DNA from: a virus
Lineage: Duplodnaviria > Heunggongvirae > Uroviricota > Caudoviricetes
Virus record (IMG/VR): IMGVR_UViG_3300037852_000238
Reading direction: 5' to 3' (one strand)
Length of the DNA stretch: 64,000 bases
The translations under genes and the position numbers were made by a program. Shown here piece after piece: positions 35,623-44,835 of the stretch. The notes beneath the pieces are model-generated. The model was not told where the DNA came from. It saw nothing but the letters and a program-made list of their open reading frames with translations, and did not search any database. Position 1 is the first letter of the stretch. Every line of letters begins with the position of its first letter.

Positions 35623-36165
35623 TCACCCGAGCGATTTCCTCCGCTCCGCCTCCCCGGCCCGCCAGCCGGCCAGCCAGTTGAACCGCCACACGCGGCGGAA
35701 GCCGCCGCGGCCGGGCGTGATCGCGTAGGGGCACGACGACGACGGCTCCCCGGCCAGGCCGGCGACCCGGCCGCGCTCATAGGCGCCGCGTAGCTGCGCC
35801 GAGCCGGCGTGAGGCCGCGCGGCGGGCAGCAGTGCCGCGTAGCCCCGCGCGCGCCAGTACTCGATCAGGTAATCCCGGCCGGGGCACGCCCGGCGTTCCC
35901 ATAGGCTAACGGTCATCTTGGCCACGCCGAGGTCGGCCGCGACCTGCGCCTGGGTCAGCCCGGCGCGCAGCCGCGCCAGCGTACAAACCTCGCCGGGGTC
36001 CAGCCGCAAACGCGCTGCGTCGCTTAGCGCTGCGTCGGCCTCGTCGGCGGTCATCGTCGGTAGCCGATCGCCGAGCCGGCCGCCGCGCGCGCGGCGCAGC
36101 GCCAGGCGCAGCCGCTCGCCCGCGGTCGGCGCTGCGGCAGTGGGGAGGGGGAGGAGGTCGTTCAT
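35623..36165 (-). CDS. XRE-type helix-turn-helix transcriptional regulator
   Basis: LTQAQVAADLGVAKMTVSLWERR HTH. Confidence 0.6.
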   Translation of the reverse strand: MNDLLPLPTAAAPTAGERLRLALRRARGGRLGDRLPTMTADEADAALSDAARLRLDPGEVCTLARLRAGLTQAQVAADLGVAKMTVSLWERRACPGRDYLIEYWRARGYAALLPAARPHAGSAQLRGAYERGRVAGLAGEPSSSCPYAITPGRGGFRRVWRFNWLAGWRAGEAERRKSLG

Positions 36166-36171
36166 CGAATC

Positions 36172-36369
36172 CTAACCGATGGTCCCATTTTGGTACAACG
36201 TATAGACAACGTTCCCGGTCCCTTGCCGCAAGATAGACGCCTCAGCAGCGCTTACCTGGCGGTAGTGCTGCCCGTACTCGTCTATCAGGATATCGCCTTC
36301 GCCCGCGGTGGTCTGCGGGCCGGGGATGCGCTGGACGATCCGACGCGTGAAAAGAGGTTGAGATGCCAT
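36172..36369 (-). CDS. hypothetical protein (65 aa)
   Basis: Compact ORF. Confidence 0.35.
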   Translation of the reverse strand: MASQPLFTRRIVQRIPGPQTTAGEGDILIDEYGQHYRQVSAAEASILRQGTGNVVYTLYQNGTIG

Positions 36370-36530
36370 TACAGATCCTTCCCATCCGGCTTCACGCAGG
36401 CCGCCGTCTCCGCCCGCATCTCGATGTAGCCGACGTTAATCATGATCGCGCCAGAGAGCAGCCGGTCGGTCGCGAAGCCCGCGGCGAACACGACGCAGAA
36501 CCCGAGGAAGAGGAGGAGGGTTTTCATCTT

Positions 36531-37145
36531 TCAGAGCCTTTCAAACCTTCCATCTTCAAATTCGTCAGCCGCGCGAATCCATAAACTGCCGTCCACATCG
36601 TCGCGGTAAACGACCATGTCCAAGCCCTCTTCGAGCGTGCCAACGCCATAGCTGCTCTGTAGCTTACCGCGGCCGATCTCGGTATAGGTCGAGCCACGCT
36701 TTTTGTGCCGCCACCTATTAAAGCCGCGAACCTCTCGCCCTGCGGGCTCGCGGTTCGCGTCGCGCGGCGCCAGCACGTCGAGCGCGGCGCGGACGGGGAA
36801 CGGGCCGGGCAGCGCGAACAGCGGCGCGTTGCTGCGTCCGTCGAACAGCGCGCGGGCGCCGGGGGCGTCGTAGGCCACCCACTCGTCGCCACGGCGGCCG
36901 AGCAGGGTCCAGCGGCCGCCGGCGCGGATCTCCTCCTCGCCCCAGATTAATTGATCGAGCGTGAACGCCTCCGGTGCCCTTCCTGAGCGCGGGAAGAGCT
37001 TGGCCTCGATCCACCCACTCACGCCCCTCAGCGTGTAGTGCCAGTCGGGCCACCCAATTTCCAACCGATGCTCGACACGCAGCATCCGGCCGAACGGGCC
37101 GAGGTGCTCGCGGAGGGCGCGGTTGACTTGGTTTGACTCGGTCAT
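36531..37145 (-). CDS. hypothetical protein with DUF1653-like C-terminus
   Basis: GSTYTEIG…MVVYRDDVDGSLWIRAADEFEDGRF. Confidence 0.5.
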   Translation of the reverse strand: MTESNQVNRALREHLGPFGRMLRVEHRLEIGWPDWHYTLRGVSGWIEAKLFPRSGRAPEAFTLDQLIWGEEEIRAGGRWTLLGRRGDEWVAYDAPGARALFDGRSNAPLFALPGPFPVRAALDVLAPRDANREPAGREVRGFNRWRHKKRGSTYTEIGRGKLQSSYGVGTLEEGLDMVVYRDDVDGSLWIRAADEFEDGRFERL

Positions 37146-37399
37146 GATGCTGATGAGTTGTTAGTTGGGGTGGTACCGTTTTTACTTGATAAAGCGACGT
37201 TCTTCTTAACGATTTCCGGTATTCTATCGCCTATAACAGCGCCTAACATCATTGGCCAAATGATTCCACAAAGTAACGATATAAGCATAGGATAAGGAGC
37301 CCAAGATGGCAGGCGAGTAGGGTCGTTTCCGCATTGTAGAGCGAAACCGATGCCGATGCTCGCGTAGATTGCTATAAGCCACGTCACCACGCCTCGCAC
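37142..37399 (-). CDS. low-GC small membrane protein (85 aa)
   Basis: AT-rich island 37150-37340; two TM helices. Confidence 0.4.
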   Translation of the reverse strand: MRGVVTWLIAIYASIGIGFALQCGNDPTRLPSWAPYPMLISLLCGIIWPMMLGAVIGDRIPEIVKKNVALSSKNGTTPTNNSSAS

Positions 37400-37698
37400 T
37401 CCCCCATCGACGACATGCCCAGCCCGGCCTCGGCCCAGGGGCGCGCGGCGATGAACCAGGTTCGCCGCGCTGGCTCCGCGATCGTGCCGCGAGCGTAGTA
37501 GTCGGGCGGGACGCCGCGCTCGGCCGCCGGCGCGCGGTAACGCTTCGCGTTGGGACCGAAATGGCGCCGGTCGAGGCCGCGGAGCCTATTGGCGCAAGCG
37601 GCGCCGCATGTCTTGCGCTTCTCGAAGTTAACGCGCTGCTCGCCCGCGCGGCGGACCAGCGGGCGGGCGCAACCCGCCGCGGCGCAGAGGCGGGTCAC
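37384..37698 (-). CDS. hypothetical Cys-containing protein
   Basis: 104-aa ORF, CAAAGC…CGAAC. Confidence 0.3.
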   Translation of the reverse strand: MTRLCAAAGCARPLVRRAGEQRVNFEKRKTCGAACANRLRGLDRRHFGPNAKRYRAPAAERGVPPDYYARGTIAEPARRTWFIAARPWAEAGLGMSSMGECEAW

Positions 37699-37997
37699 CC
37701 ACCGGCCCTCGCCGCGGCGCGGTCAAGTAGCGCCAGCACCGACTCGACGCTGGTCTGGCGGTCGTTCCAGCGCGTAACCGGCCGACCTTCCCCAACTTCT
37801 TGGGAGATAAAGCTACGCGCCGCGCGAAAGCGGTCTCCGTCATAGTCGGTGGCTCTGCCGAGCGCGACTAGGATACAACGACCGTTGCCTAGCTCGATTT
37901 GACGTTGATCGTTGGACCACCCTTCCTCTATCAACAGCCGTCGAGTAGCGAACAAGTCGCGTTGGACCTGGGTCAGGGGCGTCGCGTCATAGGGCAT
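37695..37997 (-). CDS. hypothetical protein (100 aa)
   Basis: Protein-like composition. Confidence 0.4.
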   Translation of the reverse strand: MPYDATPLTQVQRDLFATRRLLIEEGWSNDQRQIELGNGRCILVALGRATDYDGDRFRAARSFISQEVGEGRPVTRWNDRQTSVESVLALLDRAAARAGG

Positions 37998-38086
37998 TAT
38001 TTATCTCCAGGTCGCCACGAGGAGCAGCAGGACGACGGTCGCGGCGAAGACGATCAGCGCGAGGGCGGGGTCTCGGGTGATAACGG

Positions 38087-38566
38087 TCATCGGAGATGCC
38101 CCTCGATCCAGGCGCGGACGCGTGCGAACCGCTGCTCCGGCGTCTCCTCGCGCCAAGTTCCCTCGTCGTTCTCGTACATGATCTCGCAGGCGAGTGCGTT
38201 GGGGATAGCTAGGTCTGCGACGACCCGATCTCGGTTTACTTCGGCGTCAGAGGGCGGAAGAGTGAGGTACCAGCTAAAACCTTCCGTCATGTTTATCCAC
38301 TCACCGAAGTAGGGGTCATCTCGATCCATCCAAGTGGTTACGTCGAGCCCGCGCGAGCGAGCGACGGCGCCCAGCGCGCAGACCTCGCCCTCGGTAGAAA
38401 AGTCGTTCTTGATCAGTCGCGGGGCCGGCAGCGCGGCAAGCGCGGCCAGCATCTCACGCAGAAACGCCTGGCCGCGCCGGCCGCGGATCGCACTCGCCAC
38501 AGCGCCGCGCCAGCAGATGGAGCACCAGTTATCATCAGTCTCTCCGGTGTAGCCGGAGCGGGACAT
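38087..38566 (-). CDS. hypothetical protein (159 aa)
   Basis: Protein-like ORF. Confidence 0.45.
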   Translation of the reverse strand: MSRSGYTGETDDNWCSICWRGAVASAIRGRRGQAFLREMLAALAALPAPRLIKNDFSTEGEVCALGAVARSRGLDVTTWMDRDDPYFGEWINMTEGFSWYLTLPPSDAEVNRDRVVADLAIPNALACEIMYENDEGTWREETPEQRFARVRAWIEGHLR

Positions 38567-38959
38567 TTACCCCTCCTTCGCGTTCCACGGTTTGAACGCC
38601 AGTAGCCGTTCTGGTGTAAGTGCGGCCCAGTCGCCGTCGAAGGTCAGCGCGCGATCGTCGATCGTCAGGAAGGCTGGGGGCTTTTCGTGGGCGAAATCGA
38701 AGTCGTCTACCGCGATCGGCGTCGGGTTCTCGTATTCGTTACGGATCTGGTCGCCCAGCCACGTCTTCATCTCGGCGACGCCGTTCAGCTCCTTCGATCG
38801 CGATGAGTAGATTACCAGGTGGAAGCGCTCCTTGGCGCGGATCGCCCACTCGAAGAAGCCGGGAACGACGGGGTCATAGATCGAACCGTCCTGCCAGCCA
38901 CGGGAATAGGCGTGGATACAGCCATCAAAATCGAGATATAAGATTGGTTTTGCCATCAA
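38567..38959 (-). CDS. HAD-superfamily phosphatase-like protein (DxDG motif)
   Basis: LYLDFDGCIH motif I of HAD hydrolases; 130 aa. Confidence 0.55.
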   Translation of the reverse strand: MMAKPILYLDFDGCIHAYSRGWQDGSIYDPVVPGFFEWAIRAKERFHLVIYSSRSKELNGVAEMKTWLGDQIRNEYENPTPIAVDDFDFAHEKPPAFLTIDDRALTFDGDWAALTPERLLAFKPWNAKEG

Positions 38960-39222
38960 TCTAACCCCGCAGCTTTCCTGAGTTTATCCATCCAATGCAT
39001 TAGTATTTTTGGGGCTGGAATCATCTCTAGCGCCCGCCGCAGGTCCGTCTCGTCGACGATGACCTCGTTGCATTCCTGGATCGCCTCCATGACGCGGTTC
39101 GCCGCTGGGTCGCACGAGCAGAACGGCCAGTCGCAGTCCTCCGGGTTGGCCTTGGCGCGGCAGGTGAACCGGGGCGCGGTCATGGGTTCGATTTGCGTTA
39201 GGTCGAAATGTTTGTCGCTCAT
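38956..39222 (-). CDS. hypothetical protein (88 aa)
   Basis: Coupled ORF. Confidence 0.4.
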   Translation of the reverse strand: MSDKHFDLTQIEPMTAPRFTCRAKANPEDCDWPFCSCDPAANRVMEAIQECNEVIVDETDLRRALEMIPAPKILMHWMDKLRKAAGLD

Positions 39223-39521
39223 CTCGCCGCAATACTCCCATCGGACAGAACCTCAACCTCGCGTTCGGCCGGGTCGTTTAAGATCGCCTCCAGCTCGGCG
39301 ACCGTTGGCTTACCACCTTCCTTGTAGTCAGGCCGCGCCAGTTCCCTCAATGCGAACTCCAATAGCTCGCGGAGCTCTAGCTCGTTGTCCACGATCACCA
39401 AAGCCATGTCGCCGTCCGTCGCGTTAGCAGCGCCGATCAGCATGAGCGCTTCGAGAAGCGCGGCCGCGCCGCGCAATCGGCGAGCGCGAAGGCTCCTCGT
39501 GTATCGTGTCTTGTCCATCAC
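39219..39521 (-). CDS. hypothetical protein (100 aa)
   Basis: Coupled ORF. Confidence 0.4.
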   Translation of the reverse strand: MMDKTRYTRSLRARRLRGAAALLEALMLIGAANATDGDMALVIVDNELELRELLEFALRELARPDYKEGGKPTVAELEAILNDPAEREVEVLSDGSIAAR

Positions 39522-39928
39522 CTCACCCTCCCTCCACTATGCCGCTCCGCCGCCCGCTCCGCGGCATCGCGCACGACCTCGCGTTGGCGTGGCGAGAGCG
39601 CGCGGCCGTCGCGGTACTGGGCCTCGATCGACAGCAGCACGTCGCGGAACGAACCCGACGACGAGTCGAGTGCTAGCTGGAGGTCGTCGTCGAAGTCGTT
39701 ATCAACGGAATCGTCCGCCGCGCGGAACGATTTCGTTGAACCCGGACCTTCATCGAGAGGTTCGGCCGCCGCGATCACCTTCACCGTCTTGCTCAGGATC
39801 AGGTTCCAGTCCACGTCGCACTGCTTCAGCAGCGCGTTGACCCGGCGCAGCGCCGCTAATGCCTCGGCGTCGACCGGGGAGGTGGTGAGGGCGAGCAGCT
39901 TCTTAAGAAGCTGAAATTCCTGGAGCGT
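39518..39928 (-). CDS. hypothetical protein (GTG start, about 136 aa)
   Basis: GTGA overlap. Confidence 0.4.
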   Translation of the reverse strand, partial: TLQEFQLLKKLLALTTSPVDAEALAALRRVNALLKQCDVDWNLILSKTVKVIAAAEPLDEGPGSTKSFRAADDSVDNDFDDDLQLALDSSSGSFRDVLLSIEAQYRDGRALSPRQREVVRDAAERAAERHSGGRVR

Positions 39929-40236
39929 CACGCCACCTCCTCCGAGTCGACCCGGACCGAGCGGAGCTCGTCGAATTGCGCACAATACTCCGCCTCGGCC
40001 GCGGCCAACTCGTCCGGGCGGCAGGCCACCGTGCGGTGGCCCAGCTCGTAACCGGTGTCGGCGTCGCGGGCGATTTGGCGGTACGAACGAACGGCGCCGT
40101 CAGGCGGTGGTCGGTCGTCACTTATCTCACCGACCAGGTCTGCCAGGTCCGGCACCAGCTCCAGCGCGCGGGTGCGCGCGGCCGGCGTCGCGGTGCGGTA
40201 AAGGGCGACCATTGCTGTAGCTTCGTGGAGGGTCAC
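39928..40236 (-). CDS. hypothetical protein (about 102 aa)
   Basis: GTG start overlapping ribonucleotide reductase stop. Confidence 0.35.
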   Translation of the reverse strand: MTLHEATAMVALYRTATPAARTRALELVPDLADLVGEISDDRPPPDGAVRSYRQIARDADTGYELGHRTVACRPDELAAAEAEYCAQFDELRSVRVDSEEVA

Positions 40237-43200
40237 CCGCAGCCCTCCTCGTAATCGCAGACCTCGCAGTTTACGCAAGTCCCGGTAGTTCGCGCCAACG
40301 CGCCGCAGCGCGGGCAGGTGCGGCCAGTGAGGCTAGAGCGCGCCTCTTTAAGTGCGGCGTGCTCCATGCCGATAATGCCCTGACCGACGACGAACTCGGT
40401 CTGCGGCGCCGGCGTGTTTGCTAGCCGCTCCTCGCCGAGAAACGTAATACCCAGCTCGCGGCCGACGAGGTCGCCGATTGATGAGACGATCTTGATCCGG
40501 TTGTGACCCTCGACGATCCCGGCCGGTTCGAATTTGGTCCCAGTGAAGCGGTCGACGAACTCGCGGACCGGCACGCCGTACTGGAGCCCGACCGAGACGG
40601 CCATGGCGAACAGTCCGGCCATGCCGCGCAAGGTCGAGCCCTCGTGGCCGAGCTCAAAGTAGACCTCGCCGAGCCTGCCGTCGGGGTAGTGGTTCATCGT
40701 CATGAACACGGACTGCCCGTGGTCGCCTATCTTGACCTTCTGCGTCCGGCCCTCGCGGCGCCACGGGAGGTACTCGCGGACGCCCCTCGGTAGGCTGGTG
40801 TCGTGACCGTTCGAGTACATCCGAAGGGTCTCTTCGTCGGCCGCCGGCCTCGACCACTCACCGTTCAACTTCGGCGCGCCGGCGCCGACGCTCAGCGGCT
40901 GCGTCAGCTTAGACCCGTCGCGATAGACCGCCACGGCCTTCAGCCCGAACCGGTGGGCCTCGCGGAGGGCGCGCGACACGTCCTCGACAGTCGCGTCGGC
41001 CGGCAGGCCGATCGTCTTCGAGACCGCGCCCGAGAGGAACGGCTGGACCGCGGCGACCATCCGGACGTGGCCCATCGGGGCGATCGAGCGGCCGCCCTCG
41101 CGCGCCGGGAAGGCGCAGTCGAAGACCGCCTCGTGCACGGGGTCCACGTACCCGGTAAAGCTCCTGACCGAGTCGACGAGCTGCGGAAGGTATCCCTCCG
41201 CCTCGACGAACGACACGATCTTCTCGATCGCGCGCTCGTCGTACCCGAGCCGCCTAAGCGCCTCCGGCACTGCTCGGTTCACGATCGTCATGTCCTCACC
41301 GCCGCCGGCGAGCCTCTTGCGCTTGACGAGCCCGAGGTCCGGCTCGACGCCGGTCGTGTCGCAGTCCATGACGAACGATATCGTCCCGGTCGGCGCGAGC
41401 AGGCTCACCTGAGCGTTGCGGAAGCCGGACGCGCTCCGCTGCACGTCCTCCCAGGCGTTGCGGGCGCGCTCCCACAACTCGGAGCCGTCGCGGGCGACCT
41501 CGTACGGCCTCACGGTCAACCCCTCGTAGCCGATCGAGATGTCCGGACGACCGGCGCCGCAGGCGCGGGCGTGGTTCCGCAGCACGCGCCACATCCCCTC
41601 GGCGTTGGTCCCCCAGCGCGGGAACGGGCCGAGCCGCGGGTCGGCGGCCATCTCGGCGCTCGTCCGGTAGGCGACGCCGGTCATCAGCGCGGTCAGCCCG
41701 GCGGCGAGCGCGCGGCCCTCGTCCGAGTCGTAGGGGATCGCCAGGCGCATCAGCAGCCCGCCGAGGTCGGCGTAACCGAGGCCGATCGTCCGGTACTTGA
41801 TATTGGTCTCGGCGATCGAGCGGCCGGGGAACGAGCCCATCGAGTTCGAGATGTCGAGAATGACCGTCCAGATCCGGAGCGCGTGCTCGTAGGCGTCGAG
41901 GTCGAGCGAGCCGACCGGGAGGAGGAAGGCAGTGAGCCGGAGCGAGGCGAGGTTGCACGCAGTGTCGTCGAGCCACTGGTACTCTCCGCACGGATTGCTT
42001 GAGAGGATCTCTCCGTCGGCGCGACACGTATTCCACTCGTTGATCGTGTTGCCGAACTGGAGCCCGGGATCGCCCGAGGCCCAGGCGGCGCGACAGACTG
42101 AGTCCCAGAGTCCCTTGGCGTTGACTGATCGGACGACCTCGCCGGTCGTCCGGGCGGTCAGGTCCCAGTTCAGCGTTGACGGGTCGCGGGCGCTCAGCTC
42201 CATGAACCGGTTCATCACGCGGATCGAGTTGTTTGCGTTCTGGGCGCTGATGGTCCGGATCGCCTCGCCCTCCCAGTCGATCGGGAGCTCGTCGGGGACG
42301 ATCCCGACGCGGGCGCGGTCGATCACGGCCTCGGGGACGCCGGCTGCGCGAGCGTCGGAGATTGCCTCCATAGACGCCAGCGCGTAACGTAGCGGGTCTT
42401 CAGACAAGCTCGCGGTCGTCTCCGCTACCGTCGCTGCGCGCTCGCGCAGGACGCGCGATCCGACGGCGAGCGCGGCGGCCTTCGCCTCCTCGCGGACCTT
42501 CCACCCGACGAACTCGACGACCTCCGGGTGGTCGGCGTCGAGGACGACCATCTTCGCGGCGCGGCGCGTCGTCCCGCCGGACTGGATCGACCCGGCGTTC
42601 CGGTCGAATACCTCCAGGAACGAGATCAGCCCCGAGGCGACGCCGCCGCCGGAGAGCCGCTCGTCCTTGCTCCTGAGCTTAGAGAAGTTCGACCCGGCGC
42701 CCGAGCCGAACTTGAAGATCCGCGCCTCGCGCGAGAGCAAATCGGCGATCCCGCCCTCGTCGACGAGGTTGTCGGCGATCGAGTTGATGAAGCACGCGTG
42801 GACCTGCGGGCGCTCGTAGGAGTTCTCGACCGTGCGCGGACCGTCGCCGTCGTCGACCCACTGCCCGCCCTCACCCTCGATCCCGTAGGCCCAGTGGAGT
42901 CCGGTGTTGAACCACTGGGGCGAGTTCGGCGCCGCGACCTGGCGCGCGAGCATCAGGTAGATTTCATCGTAGAAGGCGCGCGCGTCCTCCTCGCCGTCGA
43001 AGTACCCGCCGCGCCAGCCCCAGTAGGTCCAACAGCCTGCCATCCGGTGGAAGACCTGCCGCGCGGAGGTCTCGGGGCCGCGATCTGCGTTGACGCTGGT
43101 CGCAGCACAGGGCCAGAGGAACTCGGGCACCCCGACCGATCCGATCGCCTGGAGCCGCACTGGCACCCCCGCCTTCCGGAGGTACTTGTCGTGAATGATG

Positions 43201-43325
43201 CGCGCCGCGTTGTCGGACCAAGCCTCTGGCACCTCGACCGTTCCACTCGGCACCGTCGCGATACGCCATGCGACCTGGTCCTCAGCCGACTTGCCGGCGA
43301 CCGAGTAGCGGCGCTCAAATTTCAT
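40233..43325 (-). CDS. nrdJ: class II (adenosylcobalamin-dependent) ribonucleotide reductase
   Basis: 1030 aa; conserved class II ribonucleotide reductase blocks (active-site Cys regions, long alphaproteobacterial-type architecture); C-terminal Cys-rich tail. Confidence 0.85.
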   Translation of the reverse strand: MKFERRYSVAGKSAEDQVAWRIATVPSGTVEVPEAWSDNAARIIHDKYLRKAGVPVRLQAIGSVGVPEFLWPCAATSVNADRGPETSARQVFHRMAGCWTYWGWRGGYFDGEEDARAFYDEIYLMLARQVAAPNSPQWFNTGLHWAYGIEGEGGQWVDDGDGPRTVENSYERPQVHACFINSIADNLVDEGGIADLLSREARIFKFGSGAGSNFSKLRSKDERLSGGGVASGLISFLEVFDRNAGSIQSGGTTRRAAKMVVLDADHPEVVEFVGWKVREEAKAAALAVGSRVLRERAATVAETTASLSEDPLRYALASMEAISDARAAGVPEAVIDRARVGIVPDELPIDWEGEAIRTISAQNANNSIRVMNRFMELSARDPSTLNWDLTARTTGEVVRSVNAKGLWDSVCRAAWASGDPGLQFGNTINEWNTCRADGEILSSNPCGEYQWLDDTACNLASLRLTAFLLPVGSLDLDAYEHALRIWTVILDISNSMGSFPGRSIAETNIKYRTIGLGYADLGGLLMRLAIPYDSDEGRALAAGLTALMTGVAYRTSAEMAADPRLGPFPRWGTNAEGMWRVLRNHARACGAGRPDISIGYEGLTVRPYEVARDGSELWERARNAWEDVQRSASGFRNAQVSLLAPTGTISFVMDCDTTGVEPDLGLVKRKRLAGGGEDMTIVNRAVPEALRRLGYDERAIEKIVSFVEAEGYLPQLVDSVRSFTGYVDPVHEAVFDCAFPAREGGRSIAPMGHVRMVAAVQPFLSGAVSKTIGLPADATVEDVSRALREAHRFGLKAVAVYRDGSKLTQPLSVGAGAPKLNGEWSRPAADEETLRMYSNGHDTSLPRGVREYLPWRREGRTQKVKIGDHGQSVFMTMNHYPDGRLGEVYFELGHEGSTLRGMAGLFAMAVSVGLQYGVPVREFVDRFTGTKFEPAGIVEGHNRIKIVSSIGDLVGRELGITFLGEERLANTPAPQTEFVVGQGIIGMEHAALKEARSSLTGRTCPRCGALARTTGTCVNCEVCDYEEGCG

Positions 43326-43660
43326 GGTTTTCCCCTCTCGATCCAGTGCTGCGCTGTGAATACCTCGTCCTCCCCAAACGCTTTCTCCCCGGTCTGCCGC
43401 AGCATCCAGGTGAGGTAATTCTTGGGCACCCTAGACCAGGGCAACCCGGCATGCTTGCCGAAGTGGCAGCGCGCGAGCAGCGCTGGACTCTCCGAGACCC
43501 GCACCATATCTTCAACTGTGAGTCCCGCCTCCAGTAGCGCGCCGAAAACGAACGCGGTCGTGGCGGCGTCGTACAGCGCCGAGTGCGGCGCGAGCGCGGT
43601 CAGCCCCTCCGCCTCGAAAAACGCGCGAACCACCTGACGAACGCTAATCATATTATCCAT
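43322..43660 (-). CDS. DnaQ-like 3'-5' exonuclease C-terminal fragment (Exo III motif plus KxxGxPxSxxPxxYLxWxL tail only)
   Basis: HSALYDAATTA motif (Exo III) and HAGLPWSRVPKNYLTWMLRQ; Exo I/II motifs absent in 112 aa. Confidence 0.45.
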   Translation of the reverse strand: MDNMISVRQVVRAFFEAEGLTALAPHSALYDAATTAFVFGALLEAGLTVEDMVRVSESPALLARCHFGKHAGLPWSRVPKNYLTWMLRQTGEKAFGEDEVFTAQHWIERGKP

Positions 43661-43661
43661 A

Positions 43662-43868
43662 TTATGTTGCCTCTAACTTACGCTGGCAGTCAGAGCAGCG
43701 ATGCTTCCCGGCGGCGAGCGGAACCCATCCGGCAGATCTGCTGCGTTCGTCTATGTCGCGGGGAAGGTAAGACCCGTCGGGCCTTCGCGGGCCTATCCCG
43801 GCGGTCCAAACGTTGCCGCAGTGCGGCTCATCGCAGATGATGCTTATACGTGGAGCCTGGACCGTCAT
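43662..43868 (-). CDS. small zinc-ribbon protein
   Basis: CDEPHC…CSDC. Confidence 0.4.
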   Translation of the reverse strand: MTVQAPRISIICDEPHCGNVWTAGIGPRRPDGSYLPRDIDERSRSAGWVPLAAGKHRCSDCQRKLEAT

Positions 43869-44059
43869 CCCACCACCCGATCGTAGAACCCCGTCCGCAC
43901 TAGATCCGCCAGCCGCTCGCGGGCCGCGGCGTCATCGAGCAGGTGCATGCCGTTCAGCTTGATCGGCGGGCCGCCGGGGCGCGCGGCGAGTTCGTAGACG
44001 GGCTCGGAGGCGACGTCCCAGACGCGCAGGCGGAGGCCGTTGCCCTCCAGGAGCTTCAC
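43865..44059 (-). CDS. hypothetical protein (64 aa)
   Basis: Coupled ORF. Confidence 0.3.
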   Translation of the reverse strand: MKLLEGNGLRLRVWDVASEPVYELAARPGGPPIKLNGMHLLDDAAARERLADLVRTGFYDRVVG

Positions 44060-44349
44060 GTCGCCACCTCGTTAGACCCACCGTCGATCGTCACGAAATC
44101 CGGTCGGCGGTTAGCCTCACCGACGACGTAGTAAGCGTTGCCGCCGAAGCGGTCTATCTCCTCGCCAAATTCGGGGAAGCTCGCCGCGTTCTCCGTACAG
44201 CCCGTGATCTCCTGATTGTAGTCGGTAAATGCGACCTCGGCGCCGGAGGGCTCATGGACGATGATCCATAGGTGATCGCGGAAGTTCATGATACCGGGAA
44301 CGTTGCCCTTGTATTTGGCGATTAAACGGTTGGCTTCGTTTTGGGTCAT
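44056..44349 (-). CDS. hypothetical protein (97 aa)
   Basis: Protein-like. Confidence 0.4.
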   Translation of the reverse strand: MTQNEANRLIAKYKGNVPGIMNFRDHLWIIVHEPSGAEVAFTDYNQEITGCTENAASFPEFGEEIDRFGGNAYYVVGEANRRPDFVTIDGGSNEVAT

Positions 44350-44831
44350 CTTTCGTATCTCACCGGCGTGGGCTCCGGTCCCTGGCCGCTGTACTTGCCC
44401 CGGTAGGGTGCTTCAGTCGGTTCGTCCAGCCACTCAAATTTGACCTGGCACAGCGGGTCCCCTTCCTCGTACTCGGCCGGCTCGTCGCCTAGGTTGGCCA
44501 GCTCGACCGTGAGGAATCCGCTCCAACCGGGATCGAGGTGCGTGTTGAACGCCGAGACGAACACCCGCGCCCAGGAGGACTTGTCGAGCACCGAGCCGCA
44601 GATGTCGGTGGGGAAGACGAACCGCTCCAGCGTGACCGCGAGCCGGCATTGGCCGACCGGGATCAGCAGCGGGTGCGCGATGCGGCAGTCGTAGGTACAC
44701 GCTGACAGGCCGTAGCTGCGGCCGCGGATTACGCCGCGCTCGGTGAAGGGCGTCAACAGGGCGTCCTCGCGCCAGGCACCATTTGGGTGTATACAAGCCT
44801 TGCGAACGGACTGGGCCGAGAGGACGGACAT
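44346..44831 (-). CDS. dCTP deaminase / dUTPase-fold family protein
   Basis: LDPGWSGFLTVELANLGDEP resembles IDPGFRGEITLEL block of dCTP deaminases. Confidence 0.6.
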   Translation of the reverse strand: MSVLSAQSVRKACIHPNGAWREDALLTPFTERGVIRGRSYGLSACTYDCRIAHPLLIPVGQCRLAVTLERFVFPTDICGSVLDKSSWARVFVSAFNTHLDPGWSGFLTVELANLGDEPAEYEEGDPLCQVKFEWLDEPTEAPYRGKYSGQGPEPTPVRYER

Positions 44832-44835
44832 CGCG

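Noticed and set aside
36440-36526. Small minus-strand ORF with signal-peptide-like start MKTLLLFLGFCVVFA
   Set aside because: Careful re-translation gives only 28 aa before a stop; too short and no support beyond hydrophobicity
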